A stretch of DNA of 64,000 nt from Chara braunii (lineage: Eukaryota > Plantae > Charophyceae), in assembly GCA_003427395.1 (NCBI GenBank), contig BFEA01000019.1, forward strand, positions 337,026-401,025, read 5' to 3'. Position 1 is the stretch's first letter. Each line of letters begins with the position of its first letter. The translations under genes and the position numbers were made by a program. Positions 1 to 13,675 of the stretch are shown piece by piece. The notes under the pieces are model-generated. The model had not been told where the DNA came from, did no database searches, and saw only the letters and a program-made list of their open reading frames with translations.

Positions 1-286
1 AGACCCACTGTCAATCATTCCTTCTACTCTTACTTAATTGGCTTAAGATCTGCAATTATTAACTGTCCTTTACGTTTCTTCATTTCAGTCCAGGCTTGGC
101 GACGAGCGACCAACTCATCACCCACGCCAGCGAGGGATCCATCTAGAGAGATGCACATGCTTGCCTCCTCTGGACAGTGTACTAGATGGGGACTGTCTAC
201 CTCTTCAGTTTTTGCCAATGGGACCTTCGAATGAGATAATTTTTTTTTTTCAACACCCGAAGTCCCTGTAGAGGCAACTGAAACCT

Positions 287-2321
287 CTACTGGTTGTTCC
301 CTTTTCCCATCTTGTAGTCAGGGCAATAAGGGACAATGTGGTCGGGATCCCCACATTTAAGGCACTGGTCGACAACTTTCCTTTCCTGCCAAACTTTTTC
401 TGTAATCCCCAGTTTCTTCCAAGGTTTCCCTTCGGGTAGACCTGGATGAGGTGGGTATGGCTTGTCCCAATTGTTGTACCAAGTGCCTCTTCCTCTTCCC
501 CAGGCATAATTGAAACCACGGCCACCTTGCGAGGGACCATTACCCCTTCCACCCGCGTAGTAGCTACCTTCGCCACCACCCCTCTGGGTACCGAGTCCTC
601 TTCCACCACGTCCGCGGCCTTCTCTTCCTCGGCCACGTCCTCTTCCTTGGCGCCCTCCCCCGCGGGCTCCAGCGGCCGCGTAGCTCCCCTCCTGAGCTAC
701 CGGACTGCTGGGTCCTTCCTCAAGACCATAATCTCCTTGGTCCCAGGAAAGTGTTTCGACACCTCTTTCTTCAAAGGTCAGAAGGACGCTGTCTTTCCCA
801 GGTATAGACCCTGAGATTGTGCGGTTTTGCCACTTTTTACCCGCTTGTAGATCTTTCCAGTAATGACAATAGTTAGCTTCAGCCAAGAAGCCAACGTGAT
901 CTATGGCGATCTTGCTGAACTTCTCGTAGGTCATCCCCTCCTCCTTTGTACGGGGATACAACTGAGTACGAAGGGGGTCGGGTAGTGCGCGTGCAAAACT
1001 ATTCAATATCCGAGCAGGGGTCAGTCCATGTTCATTGCATTGTAACAGTTCGTCCATAGTAGCCTTAAGTGCTGAGGTGCTTTTCCATTTCCTATCGGGG
1101 AGGTTTAAGACTAACATTTCTGTCCTTCTGGCTAAGTTCTTGTCCTTAAATCGTTCTCGGACGACTTTGAAAAAATCCTCAATTCGGGTTTGCTGGGAGT
1201 ATTCTACCATGGAGCTGCAACCTGCCTCATTCTGCAGGGAGATGGCGTAGCTCATGACATCTCCCTCCATACACGAACTTGCCATTAACACCCTGTCCCA
1301 GTACGGAATGCGTTGTCCGTAGACGTACGACTCGACTGCTGCAATCTAGTGTAGCAGACTTTGCTCTTTCTTATCGTTATATGTCCATGAAACTTTGACC
1401 TTTATTTTTCGTACATCTGTATCCTTATCTTTTCGCAGCACTCCCTTCCCTTTCTTATCATCTCCTCCGTCTCCGTCTCCATCTCCACGTCCTCCTCCGC
1501 CGCTGCCCCGGACTATCTTCTCAATTACGACCGGAGTAAAGGTCTGTGTGATGTGATTGTCTAATATAGGATTGTATATGCAGATCGACATCTTTGGCGG
1601 ACTTCTGCAGAAAGGTATTCCAGACTCCCTCAAACTCATATTGGTGAGTTTCAACCTTTTGCAGCGGTCTACTTATTGCCGCCACCTCTTGCTTTGTGTG
1701 AAGGACTGTTTCGGTTAAGAGGGAAAGTTTTTCTTCCGTTGCTGCTTGCTTGTCTTTTTGGTCTTGCAGCTCTTTATGCAATCTTACACCCTCTACTTGC
1801 AGCCTTTTTCTTTCATCCAATTCCTGCCACTTTGCTGCTAACATTTTGCTATGAAGTTCGGCACGTTTTTCCTCAAGCAATAAATCTTTTTCTGTTTGGT
1901 CTGCAATGGATGCCAACTTTGCAAGAAATACATCTCTTTCTTCCTCTGTCTCTTCTACACGATCGCTGGAGTATGCATATAGGTCATACCAGTCCAGCGG
2001 CTTGACCTCAAGTCCTCCACTTGGCTGACTAGTCTCACCTCTTTCTGCCCGCCGCCTGATGAGCCTGTCATCGGCGGACTCATCCTCTTCTTCTATCGTC
2101 TGCAGTTCCTCCTTCAATTCTCTTTTTAACTTTTCTCTCATTTCTCTCCTCATTCTCTCTTCTTCTACCTGCACTTTCTTCTTTATTTCTTCTTCTTTTT
2201 GTTTTTTTCTTTCTTCTTTTTCTTTCTTCTTTTCTGTCTGCCGACGATCGATCTCAGCCTGTTCTGCAGGCGTGGGGCCTGGCTTCGTCATCCTGACCGC
2301 ATCATCATACGGGACGAGCAT
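287..2321 (-). pseudogene. gag: Ty3/Gypsy-type gag, interrupted by a frameshift and an in-frame stop
   Basis: Coiled-coil ORF 1521-2321 and ORF 287-1291 with a CX2CX4HX4C knuckle (CLKCGDPDHIVPYC) after an RG-rich tract; stop at 1346-1348 lies in frame with the gag core. Confidence 0.85.
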
Positions 2322-3248
2322 ATTCTCCCAAACCCCAGAGGAAAGAAGATTCTGAAGAGGGGACCCAATAAGACAGAAAGGGCCAGAATTCCCTGCATGG
2401 GAAAGTCATCCATGGTGGCTGACGGCACAGGTGGTCCTCCGCCGCTCCACCAAGATACTTCCCTCAGGTGCCACTAGACAGTCTGAAGTGGATGAGATAC
2501 TATACTTGCTTTTTTTTTTTTTTTTTTCGGACTCTGAGAATCGCTGATTTCACAATAACGAATTAAAAAAAATAAAAAACTTAAGTAGAACTTCTCTTTT
2601 TTTTTTTTTTACACGCTGCTGGTCTCCTTCTTAATTGGCACCTTTCTTTCTTTCTTGCTGATCTGAATGTCTTCTTTTTCCTTTTATTAATACTAACTGT
2701 CTGTCTTCTTGCGCAGGGGTACTGGAGTGTATACTTGTCAGATGCCTGGACAATGCTGTATCACACTACTACTACTGCCCAGATTAGACCTTATATTGCG
2801 ATTGCTATCTGACATGGCAATCAGTCACTACAACCAGTGTTCCCCCCCACCTTTACTACCTCCTACAGATGACAACTTAGAGGGGTAGAAGAGAAAACCA
2901 CCAGGACTCTGACCACTACTACGAGTGTGTGACCAGACCTTGGGTAGACAGCAGCAGCAGCGACCACCAGAGAGGGGAAGAAGTAGAGATCACACGCACA
3001 TAGCCAGGTAAGGGGAGTGGAGGTTCTTCTCTCTTTGAAGCGGCCGTCGATGAAGCTCCTCGTCGCTCCGCACTCCAGTGCTCCAGGTAAGTAATCTTCT
3101 GCCCCTTCCTCTTCGGCTTACTTCTCGCCAAGATCCCAATCCACCTCTCTCACAACTCTACCATCGCCAGGATCATCATCAAGCCAGCGTTCCCTTCTTC
3201 TTCTCGCCGGCCTTGCTTATGCCAGCGCAGTGAGTGCAACAAGCTTCT

Positions 3249-3260
3249 GCTCCGATACCA
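3249..3260 (-). promoter_or_regulatory. Primer-binding site for tRNA-iMet
   Basis: + strand gctccgatacca = TGGTATCGGAGC on -, one mismatch to TGGTATCAGAGC. Confidence 0.8.
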
Positions 3261-5006
3261 AGTTTGCAAGGGTCCTGACTGACCACGTCTTGCCAGAGTG
3301 TATCACAATGGATGCAATGTCACCATTCACACAGATTATGACTCAACACACACAACGCAGAATGGGGATGAGATGAGAACCAAGTCGCGCAGCTTATATT
3401 ATCTCGAATACATAATATAAAGAGTATCTCAAGTTCATGAATCCAAGCGCTCAACAATCATGATATGTCCCTCTCTCGAACATCAGCACAATGGGGCCTG
3501 GCTGAGCCAGCGCCAACCTCTCAGCAACTTGTCAAGCGCAAAACAGGTAAGTAGTTACCATAGCCAACTCGTCAACCTCTCTTACTTCTCTCTCTCCTTC
3601 CTCAAGATCTCAGTCTCGGTCCTCTTCTCTCATCATGCATGCTCACTACTACTTCGAGAATCTGCTCTGAATGCTACTCACTGTAGACTAACAGCTAACC
3701 CTATAACTATGCTACTTGGCTGGTGCAGCTATGGCTGCCTCTTGCAAGCCAGCGCCCAGCTCCTTCTTCCTTCCAGCGCAGCTTCACCTCCAGCGCTAAC
3801 CCAGCTAGCCAGCGCACAAGTGCACGCAGCACTTCCACGCTGATAATGCCAGTGGGGATCTGATGTCAAGGGAGGCTGGCCTATTGTTTTATACTGCTGG
3901 CCTCCCCTGGCGAGGTCTGCATTGGTCTGTATTNNNNNNNNNNNNNNNNNNNNNNNNNNNNNNNNNNNNNNNNNNNNNNNNNNNNNNNNNNNNNNNNNNN
4001 NNNNNNNNNNNNNNNNNNNNNNNNNNNNNNNNNNNNNNNNNNNNNNNNNNNNNNNNNNNNNNNNNNNNNNNNNNNNNNNNNNNNNNNNNNNNNNNNNNNN
4101 NNNNNNNNNNNNNNNNNNNNNNNNNNNNNNNNNNNNNNNNNNNNNNNNNNNNNNNNNNNNNNNNNNNNNNNNNNNNNNNNNNNNNNNNTCAGGGGCACAA
4201 CTGTGACCTTTGACATTGGCTTTTGTTTAGTTAGGATGTGACTCTTGACCCAGAGAACATGTCCTTTGATCTGCTTTCACGAGCTGGGCCCTGGCGGGTG
4301 ACCCCTCTATGCTGCATTTGCCGAACAGGGTCTGAATTGGGTAAAGGCCCTTTTACCAGCAATCACTCACAATCATTATGACGTATTCGGTAAATGCTCG
4401 CTTATAAAACAACAGAACAGTCAATCTGGTGCACTCATACCCACAGCAGCCTGACCCATGGGCTCCCCCCCCGCCCCCCCTCCTCCCTCTCCGCCCCACC
4501 ATCCTCCACTGCACCTCATTCTTCGGCCTCGCCACCCTCACCCCTGGCAGCATCAACCGAACCCAGCCATCCTGCTCCCCACCCTGACCGCAGTCGGCGA
4601 AAAAGCGACGGCCGGGTGTAGTACCTGCAAATAAGACTAATAGATGTCAATGGGATGGCTGCAGGCTGCAGCTCACCTTTGAAAGAAAGCACGCAATTAT
4701 CTGGGAATTAGTCCGAATTACTATGTTACGAAGGCGCCAAGCCACTGAGTCTCTCCCAGGTGATGTCTGCACGCAAGAGGCACACCGTACACACTCTCTT
4801 CCTCACAAGGCAGAAGAAAAATTTCAGCACGTGCAGCTCCTGGACGAATAGATTGGAGCCAATTGGCCGCCGGCAGGACCTTTTTTTTTGTTTTTTTTAA
4901 TAATCTCGGCCCCATCAAAAACACCTGAGACGAGTGAAATCCTTTCAGTTTTCACAAACAGCATTCATTCATTTACCTGTTTTCACACACAGCTTTCAAT
5001 TCAACT

Positions 5007-5082
<76 letters not shown>

Positions 5083-6038
5083 TTTATATTAATCGAACCC
5101 TTCTCACAAATAGGCTTCAACTTGCCAGACGTTTTTTTTTTTTTTTTTTTTTTTTTTTGCCAGACGGTTAAATATCTGCAGACCCCAGAATCTCAATGGC
5201 AATTTGGCAAACAGGAGCCCTTTGTGTCTTTGACGGTGAGGCCTGTCTGGCATTTGGAGCATTGATTTTGTTTGGTCTCTTCACTGCAGGAGGATTTGGT
5301 AGGTGGCTATTTGGGGCCCCTAAAATATCACTGAGGCTCTTGAGGATCATTCAAAGGAGATGATGGTAGAGATGGAGAGAGATGAGCACAACGGATCATG
5401 CACGACGACTCAACGAAAACACATAATCGCCAGAGACGACAACCTTATGTGAGAAGCAAAATACTCGAAGATAATCTCTGAAGGATAAGAGTTACAAGCC
5501 GAGATGGTGTCGGTNNNNNNNNNNNNNNNNNNNNNNNNNNNNNNNNNNNNNNNNNNNNNNNNNNNNNNNNNNNNNNNNNNNNNNNNNNNNNNNNNNNNNN
5601 NNNNNNNNNNNNNNNNNNNNNNNNNNNNNNNNNNNNNNNNNNNNNNNNNNNNNNNNNNNNNNNNNNNNNNNNNNNNNNNNNNNNNNNNNNNNNNNNNNNN
5701 NNNNNNNNNNNNNNNNNNNNNNNNNNNNNNNNNNNNNNNNNNNNNNNNNNNNNNNNNNNNNNNNNNNNNNNNNNNNNNNNNNNNNNNNNNNNNNNNNNNN
5801 NNNNNNNNNNNNNNNNNNNNNNNNNNNNNNNNNNNNNNNNNNNNNNNNNNNNNNNNNNNNNNNNNNNNNNNNNNNNNNNNNNNNNNNNNNNNNNNNNNNN
5901 NNNNNNNNNNNNNNNNNNNNNNNNNNNNNNNNNNNNNNNNNNNNNNNNNNNNNNNNNNNNNNNNNNNNNNNNNNNNNNNNNNNNNNNNNNNNNNNNNNNN
6001 NNNNNNNNNNNNNNNNNNNNNNNNNNNNNNNNNNNNNN

Positions 6039-6071
<33 letters not shown>

Positions 6072-6783
6072 CAGACGGTTAATATCTGCAGACCCCAGAA
6101 TCTCAATGCCAATTTGGCAAACAAGAGCCCTTTGTGTCTTTGACGGTGAGGCCTGTCTGGCATTTGGAGCATTGATTTTGTTTGGTCTCTTCACTGCAGG
6201 AGGATTCGGTAGGTGGCTATTTGGGGCCCCTAAAATATCACTGAGGCTCTTGAGGATCATTCAAAGGAGATGAGCCCGTCATCGAAAATGAATTTTATGG
6301 AACATTTGCACTTGTAAGCTCCCTGCAAAAAACACCCCTGTTGTGTGTTGCCTTCTATACTCTGAGTATTAAGGGACAGGATAGGAGAAAGGGGCAAAAG
6401 GGGCCCGGGGGGGGTGGAGGTCCTGGATCATCTACTTCATCTGCACTTTTTTGTGTGACACTGTGCATCCTGTGTGTACACTGTGTACTATTTGTTTGCA
6501 CATTTTAAATGTCATTCAAGGAAAACACACTTTCATTAAGTTTCCTACCATCACTCTCTGGATTACTACGGGTAGTACGGTCTTCATCGGAATAGAACGG
6601 CCGGTCATTATACCTGTATTTGGCCCAGTTTCCAGCCCAGATGCATAGATAACGACCCTGGGTTCTCTTCGGGTGAAGACGGTTAGCCTTACAAGTTATA
6701 ACCAGCACTGTCAGTTGAGCTGCAGAGGGCAAAAAGAGCGGGTTGGCAATGGAGGAAGAAGTTCCAGAATATCATGGTTGTAA

Positions 6784-6949
6784 GGGCCAGATCCCACTGG
6801 CAAAGAGGATTGGAATGAGTGTCTGAATCTGGACGTGTTTGTGGCGAGGTGCAGAAAACTGTGATTGATCTGCTTTTCTGCATCTCTGGGTGGCACACGT
6901 CCAGATTCAGACACTTATTCCAATCGTCCTTGCTAGTGGGATCTGACCC
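6784..6949. mobile_element. Tourist/PIF-Harbinger-type hairpin MITE
   Basis: Long imperfect TIRs GGGCCAGATCCCACTGGCAA..., TAA TSD on both sides. Confidence 0.9.
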
Positions 6950-7399
6950 TAAGTTGTAACAAGTTACAAACAACCTGTATTTTTTTAATATCTAAAAAAT
7001 ATATATATATTAATTTTTATTATTATTAATTTTCTTTTAATGAACTTGTATCAGGATCTCAAGATGAAGTATGGAGTTCTGTGGATTAGAACTAGCTTAA
7101 TATGCAAAAAGCAGCAGTTGAGCCAGATTCGGAGTTGGACGAAGTGGGAGGCGGCGCCCGAGCGCTCTAGTCCCGCGACGCGTGCGCTACAGTGTTAGGT
7201 TTTCGATCAACGCGGAGTTCGCTCGCCACGCCCCGGAGCGCTCAGCACGGGGACGGCGTGTCGCATAGCTGTCGAGCTTCTGTGTGAGCTCGAACAATAG
7301 CGGCGTGGACTTGTCCAAGGAGAGGGGAGGGCAGGTGGGTTGTATCGGGCGGAGGTCTCACCATTGCGCAAAGAAGTTTGAACTTACGAACCGAAGAAC

Positions 7400-7602
7400 G
7401 CCGTGACGAGGCGTGCTTCCCATGGAATCTTACTCCTCGATGAGGAGTATCGGGCGGTGGAGGAAGCAGTAGCAGAAGGTGTAGGGCGGTTGTGCTGCCG
7501 TTCCCGCGCCTATGCCGTGACGAGGCGTGCCTCCTATGAGGAGTATCGGGCGTTGGAGGAAGCAGTAGCAGAAGGTGTAGGGCGGTTGTGCTGCCGTCCC
7601 CG
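7400..7602 (+). repeat. Two-copy direct repeat of ~100 bp
   Basis: gccgtgacgaggcgtgc...gaggagtatcgggcg...gttgtgctgccgt occurs twice. Confidence 0.8.
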
Positions 7603-7864
7603 TGCCTTTTGGCGGCCTATTGGCGGCATATTGGCGGCTGGGCTGGAACGAGCAGTTCCGGGCGGTTTCCCAGCGAATGGCCGCCTTTACGTGTTTCAGC
7701 TGCCGGTGCATCGGAACATGAAAGCGAAGAAGAGGTAATGCCCCTTCTCTGTCAACCTGAGTCTTTCTCTTTCGGCAATCGCGGTACTTGGCCAGTGTCT
7801 TGAGCTTGGTTCAGCAAAATTTCCCTCACCCTTCTTTTCCTTGCATTTGGCTCTGTCGAATCGT

Positions 7865-8782
7865 CCCGATCAGGATACAACGTCTGGACTTCCTTTAGTT
7901 TTTTTCTAGTCGAGGCAATAGGTCCGTCAGTGCTCTATTTGTCGATTGTTCCCCCGTTCATTGGCGGTGGGCTTGAAATCTGGGTTCTGGGCCGTCGGAT
8001 ATATAACAATATTCTTCTTAGAAAGGGGGTGTCATTACGGACTTAGGGCGTCGCTGCACTATGTGCTAAACGAGCGTGAATCTTCCACTAGAATATGGAA
8101 AGATACGTGGCCATGATTTTTGTCTTTTGTGCATGTCAAGGGTAGTGCAGCGAGCCCCTTAGTGGCGGCGGAGCTGAGAGAGATGGGGACTGGGTCCTCG
8201 GCTTGGTCCACTGCAACCTCCCGTAATGCTCTGGAAGCATTTTGTTTTTGTTGTTTTCTTCTTTTTGTCTTATCAATTTTGCCTTGTCAGTTCTCTCCCG
8301 GCCAGGATAAGGGACAGTGACTTAGGGTTGATTCATTGCACCGTTTTTTAACTTCTGGATGTACTTTTCTTCGTTTTGGAAATACCCCACTTTGCTCTGT
8401 TGGTTCTTTCCCGATCAGGATGCACCACCTGCACAGTCCTTAGGTTGTTCTATTCGGAGCTATAGATTCGGTCAGTGGTCTTGTTATCCTCTCCTCTTCT
8501 TATCGGCCTCTACTCTGTGGAGGCACTCCTGCTCTCCCACTGGATAACCCATAACCGCGTGGTCCGAGGTATCTGGGCCGTCGGTGAACAACGGTTTTTA
8601 GAAAGGGGGTGTCATCATGCTAGTTCTGGATGTACTTTTCTTCGTTTTGGACTAGACTAAGGGCGTAGAAGCACTACTCTTGAAATGTGCAAAACGAGAG
8701 TGAATCTTCCGCTAGAATATGGAAAGATACGTGGCCATGATTTTTGTCTTTTGTGCATGTCAAGAGTGGTGCAGCGAGCCCC
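7865..8782 (+). repeat. Diverged local tandem duplication, each copy ending in the same MITE
   Basis: ccgatcaggat, tctgggccgtcgg, tagaaagggggtgtcat and the MITE body all occur twice. Confidence 0.7.
8046..8158. mobile_element. Short Harbinger-type MITE (second copy ~8661-8782)
   Basis: TIRs gggcgtcgctgcacta / tagtgcagcgagcccc with TTA TSD. Confidence 0.75.
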
Positions 8783-10016
8783 GAAGTAAGTAGGGGGAGC
8801 TTCCTTTTCTCTCCATCCATTTGCCACGGATTAGATAGTATTACGAGTGAGTAGTCCTAGATGGTTGGTGGAAACGAACTCTAACGCGACAAGCAACTGG
8901 CGAGATTTCCCATCACCGCTCGGCAGGAGGCTGGGTTTCTCTGTACGGCGGAGGAGGTAATGCCCTATTCTCCCAACTCATCCCCGTCGGAGGGTAGTGT
9001 GGTGTTTTGTCAGGTTATTAGGGCATTGGATTCGTTTCGCCCGGCTTTCTCATCGTTTCGTTTTTCTTTTTTTCTTTTTTCTCTCCATTCCTTCGTTTTT
9101 TTCGTTCCCTCATTTTCTCTGGGCCACGCGAGACGTTTCTGTTCTTACGAATAGTAAAAAACAGCTGTACTTTGCCTTTTGTTCTGTCCGTGTTGGTATA
9201 GCTAGAGTTCCGCATTCGGTCTTTGTACCCATTGGTTGTCGGGGACCTGGCTTCGCCCAGAAGCTCAGGTTAACATCCGCTGGAAAACCGCAGTCTTGTG
9301 AGGGGTCTTCACCCCTCTAACACTACCCACGGTGTGTGTGGCCATCTCACCTGCCTCATCAGTAGATGGTTTTGCTCCGAGAGGTGTCTTCTACTCCCTT
9401 GCGGAGAGACAGCCGGTATAGTTTTAGTTGGTTGTGAGAAATCTTGTCTCTCGGTTTTTGGCAACCTGATATGTTAATCCATTGTTTTCCCTCTTGTCGG
9501 CTGATTCCGTCCTATACGTCATAAATACATCCGAGATAATTGCTAAAAAATAAAAGAACGGATAGGTGTGGTTCTCGCCTCTTAGTACTCTCCTCTCTCA
9601 AATATCGTTCTAACAAGGGGGCCCGCTGACTAGACTAAGTAGGAGGTGCTCCTCCCTACTCATACTATCTGGTCCTCCACTAGAGAGGGGCCTCAGCGGG
9701 GGCAGCTGATGGCACGGTAGGTGGAAGTAGATGTAATAAGCAGCCGGACCTGGTCTCTGGACTTCGTTCCAGAACTCCCTGGGGCAGCCGGTCTTCGTTA
9801 GCCGGATCGAAGGTCCAGCTCTAAAACAGCGAATAGGGTCTGCATCCCAGCCGAGACAGAACGACCTTGTGTTCACAAGAGACGAGCCATTCATTGGCTT
9901 AACATCTTCGGTGGCAGGTTTACGGTCTTGTTGGATCCAGCGCCGACGCTAATCCTTTGGGAAAGCTGGGCGTATGCAAGCCGGAGTCCCAGCAAGCTGG
10001 ACTTCCAGCAAAGGCG

Positions 10017-10330
10017 GTTTTTTTTTTTTTTTTTTTTTTTTTCAAATAGTTTATTTCAATCACTCATGTTCGAGTATATCTTACTCCCAGCATCCCATCG
10101 CCTGTCCCATCTGCTACTTTCTTGATAGAGGTTTGGCCGACTAAGGTTGTATGGTTATGACCAGTCCCCACATCCATCTACGTATCCGGAACGTCCCTGG
10201 ACATAGGTAACCAACTGCTATCGCCCCGCCAACTCCCTCGGTGGTGTTTAACGGGTACGATAGTAGAGCGCGAACCCAAGGACTCCCATATCCTTTTCTA
10301 TCGTGGTGGTCACTACAGCGGGGCCTTCTG
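10017..10330 (-). mobile_element. 3' end of a polyadenylated retroelement
   Basis: On -: AATAAA then a poly(A) tail (poly-T 10017-10042 on +); upstream boundary approximate. Confidence 0.5.
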
Positions 10331-10445
10331 TTTAGATACCCCCTTTTTTTTTTCCTTTTTTTTTTTCCGTCACAAAACCTCCCCACGCAAAAGACAGAGT
10401 GGTGGAGCCCGAATTCGCTCTTACTGATTCAGCGTTTATAGTAAC

Positions 10446-12332
10446 ATGCACCAAGCACAGGACACAGAAATGGATCTCCAAACTCCTCCGGATGGGAAAC
10501 AAACCCAGATGATGGCGGGGGGAGAAGAGTTGCAGTCCGGAATTGGGTCAGGCAGCGGAGGGGGGGACCCATCCCCCACCCAAACACAGGGGATGCCTTG
10601 GTCTGGCTTTGCCCTCTTCTGGGCTAATAGACCACGGGGTACCGGGGAACCTCTTAGTGAAACAGGACGTCGGGTAAACTCTTCCAAAGGAAAGGAAAGC
10701 GGGTGGGAAGGGAGGGGCAATCAGGAGAGGGGAAGCCGGGGGGGGAATGTGAGGGGGGAAGGGGGTAGGAGCGCTCTAGGAGCCATGAGCGCAGGAAGAG
10801 GAGACAGAGGCAAGGGGGGTAGGGGAAGGGGGGAAGGAGGAGGCTATGGAAGAGGAGGTTTTGAACGCCAACCCACCTCGGGGAGAGTAGATTGGTTCCC
10901 TGTGGAAGAGAACGATTCCGGCAGTGACGAGGAGGATCATGAAGGAATGGAAGGCAAGGTTAATGGAGGGGGCTCGTCCAGTAGCTGCAATGAGGTGGAA
11001 GAGATCAGGAAGATGTTAGACAAATGCTTCGACCGCATGGTGATCCCGGATATGTCCAAATTTGCCAAGTTTGAAAAAAAGAGGAACACAGTTACCATGA
11101 CAGTCCCCCCAGCGGTCGAAGAGGTGCAGGTGGGATGGATGAAAGATAACGTTGTTGTAGTCTTTTCCAGGGTAACTTCAAGTCGGTATCAGCGGATAGG
11201 AAGGAACAATGCATTAGGGGATTTGAGGACTCCATCCTCCCGCAAAGCCTCCGCCACAAAGAGAGAGGCAGGGTTCACCAGGAAGGCCGTAATGCCATGT
11301 CATACTTCCCGAGGGATAAGCAACTCATTGAAATGATGCTTAACATGAAGAGTCACAAAATTAAAATTGACAACACCACATACAAAATGATGTTCAAAAA
11401 ATGGATGTCCGCAGCAGAGCTGGAGGCCCGCCACATCAGAAGAAGAGGTAAGTAAAATCTGGATCATGGCGTTGCGAGTTCCCTGGCTGGCAGCTCCCTT
11501 CGTGCGCTCACAGCTTGAGTACTCAGTGGGGAAATTTGTCAAACAACACCCACCGGAGCGGTATGATGAATGTCCCAAACTTAACAACCCGAAATTCGAT
11601 ATCCCACAGGACAGGAAAGACCGAGTGCCAACCCAGATCCTTACAATCACAAACAGTAAAAACGACCTATCGTCTATTGAGGCCAAGAGTGGATATTTAT
11701 GCAATTCTTTGGGAAAGATGGGCTAGACACCTTAATTTGGATATAAACCTAATTAAAAACATAATTTTTTTAAATAAAATCAGACAGCGCCCAGCTAAAT
11801 TCTCATAATTGCAGTGGCAAATTGCTCATCGATGTTTGCCAACTAATGATTGGATCATAGACCGCTTATATTTGAAACACAAGGGGTTGGCTCTTCCTTG
11901 GTGTAAATCATGTATATCGAACTTTGCTAGTAGAAGATGTAGGGAAACTATTGAACATATTTTTATGCAATGTCCTGGGTCGGTTCTACTATGGAGGAGA
12001 TGGGACTATGTTTGGAGGGTGATCACTGGGTTGGATTGGCCCTGGGAATGGAAAGCCATCTTGCTAGGACATTGGTGTCCACAAGATATCACACTGACTG
12101 CTTTTCAATCTAATTTTTTTGNAATTGGTAGAAAAGCGGTCGTTTGGGTTCTATGGTNCAAACGGTGTGTCCTGGAAAGGGAGAATGTAGTATTGGAGGG
12201 ATCCGAGATTTCTGAACATATTGTTCATTTTATACAAACAGAAATCAGAGCCTATTGGCAGGGGCTATGTTCTAAATTATATAAATTACAAAAGAAAAAG
12301 GATATCCAACTTTTAATTCAGGAATTTGTGGT
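10446..12332 (+). mobile_element. Internally deleted L1/Tx1-like LINE: ORF1 remnant joined to ORF2 C-terminal zf-RVT region
   Basis: RG-rich ORF1-like frame; WQIAHRCLPT...PWCKSC...ETIEHIFMQC motif from 11809. Confidence 0.8.
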
Positions 12333-13503
12333 NNNNNNNNNNNNNNNNNNNNNNNNNNNNNNNNNNNNNNNNNNNNNNNNNNNNNNNNNNNNNNNNNNNN
12401 NNNNNNNNNNNNNNNNNNNNNNNNNNNNNNNNNNNNNNNNNNNNNNNNNNNNNNNNNNNNNNNNNNNNNNNNNNNNNNNNNNNNNNNNNNNNNNNNNNNN
12501 NNNNNNNNNNNNNNNNNNNNNNNNNNNNNNNNNNNNNNNNNNNNNNNNNNNNNNNNNNNNNNNNNNNNNNNNNNNNNNNNNNNNNNNNNNNNNNNNNNNN
12601 NNNNNNNNNNNNNNNNNNNNNNNNNNNNNNNNNNNNNNNNNNNNNNNNNNNNNNNNNNNNNNNNNNNNNNNNNNNNNNNNNNNNNNNNNNNNNNNNNNNN
12701 NNNNNNNNNNNNNNNNNNNNNNNNNNNNNNNNNNNNNNNNNNNNNNNNNNNNNNNNNNNNNNNNNNNNNNNNNNNNNNNNNNNNNNNNNNNNNNNNNNNN
12801 NNNNNNNNNNNNNNNNNNNNNNNNNNNNNNNNNNNNNNNNNNNNNNNNNNNNNNNNNNNNNNNNNNNNNNNNNNNNNNNNNNNNNNNNNNNNNNNNNNNN
12901 NNNNNNNNNNNNNNNNNNNNNNNNNNNNNNNNNNNNNNNNNNNNNNNNNNNNNNNNNNNNNNNNNNNNNNNNNNNNNNNNNNNNNNNNNNNNNNNNNNNN
13001 NNNNNNNNNNNNNNNNNNNNNNNNNNNNNNNNNNNNNNNNNNNNNNNNNNNNNNNNNNNNNNNNNNNNNNNNNNNNNNNNNNNNNNNNNNNNNNNNNNNN
13101 NNNNNNNNNNNNNNNNNNNNNNNNNNNNNNNNNNNNNNNNNNNNNNNNNNNNNNNNNNNNNNNNNNNNNNNNNNNNNNNNNNNNNNNNNNNNNNNNNNNN
13201 NNNNNNNNNNNNNNNNNNNNNNNNNNNNNNNNNNNNNNNNNNNNNNNNNNNNNNNNNNNNNNNNNNNNNNNNTGAGGGCATCTCAGCCCCGTCGCCAGGT
13301 TGTCAGATTCGAAAAAGAGAATAGAAGGGGAAAAAAACGGGCACACAGATCCGCCCGTGAAAATGGCCTGATGCATTCCCCTTAGTACCAGTGTGACGAG
13401 TGTTACAATCCTCTGACAAAACACAGCCTGAGCAGATCACCGACCGCTTGAGCAATTCACGGATGCCTGCGGATGCCCCCCTTCCTCAGTGGCAGGGGAC
13501 TTA

Positions 13504-13675
13504 GGGCCAGATCCCACTGGCAAAGAGGATTGGAAGAAATGTCTGAATCTGAATCTGGACGTGTCTGTGGACAGGTGCGAAAAATTGTGATTGATATACT
13601 TTTCTGCCCCTCTGCCAGGAACACGTCCAGTTTCAGACATTTCTTCCAACACTCTTTGCCAGTGGGATCTGGCCC
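13504..13675. mobile_element. Tourist/PIF-Harbinger-type hairpin MITE, same family as 6784-6949
   Basis: GGGCCAGATCCCACTGGCAAAGAG TIRs, TTA TSD. Confidence 0.9.

Larger units (their letters stand above)
1..3933 (-). mobile_element. 5' part of an LTR retrotransposon (LTR, PBS, leader, gag); LTR far end uncertain because of an N gap
   Basis: PBS then TG at 3265 on + (CA end of LTR on -); gag downstream on -. Confidence 0.75.

Noticed and set aside
5132-6272. Tandem duplication of ~230 bp
   Set aside because: Near-identical copies flank an N gap; probably a scaffolding overlap and cannot be trusted
6505-6732. Possible host-gene exon on the minus strand
   Set aside because: No recognisable protein motif or partner exon to support it
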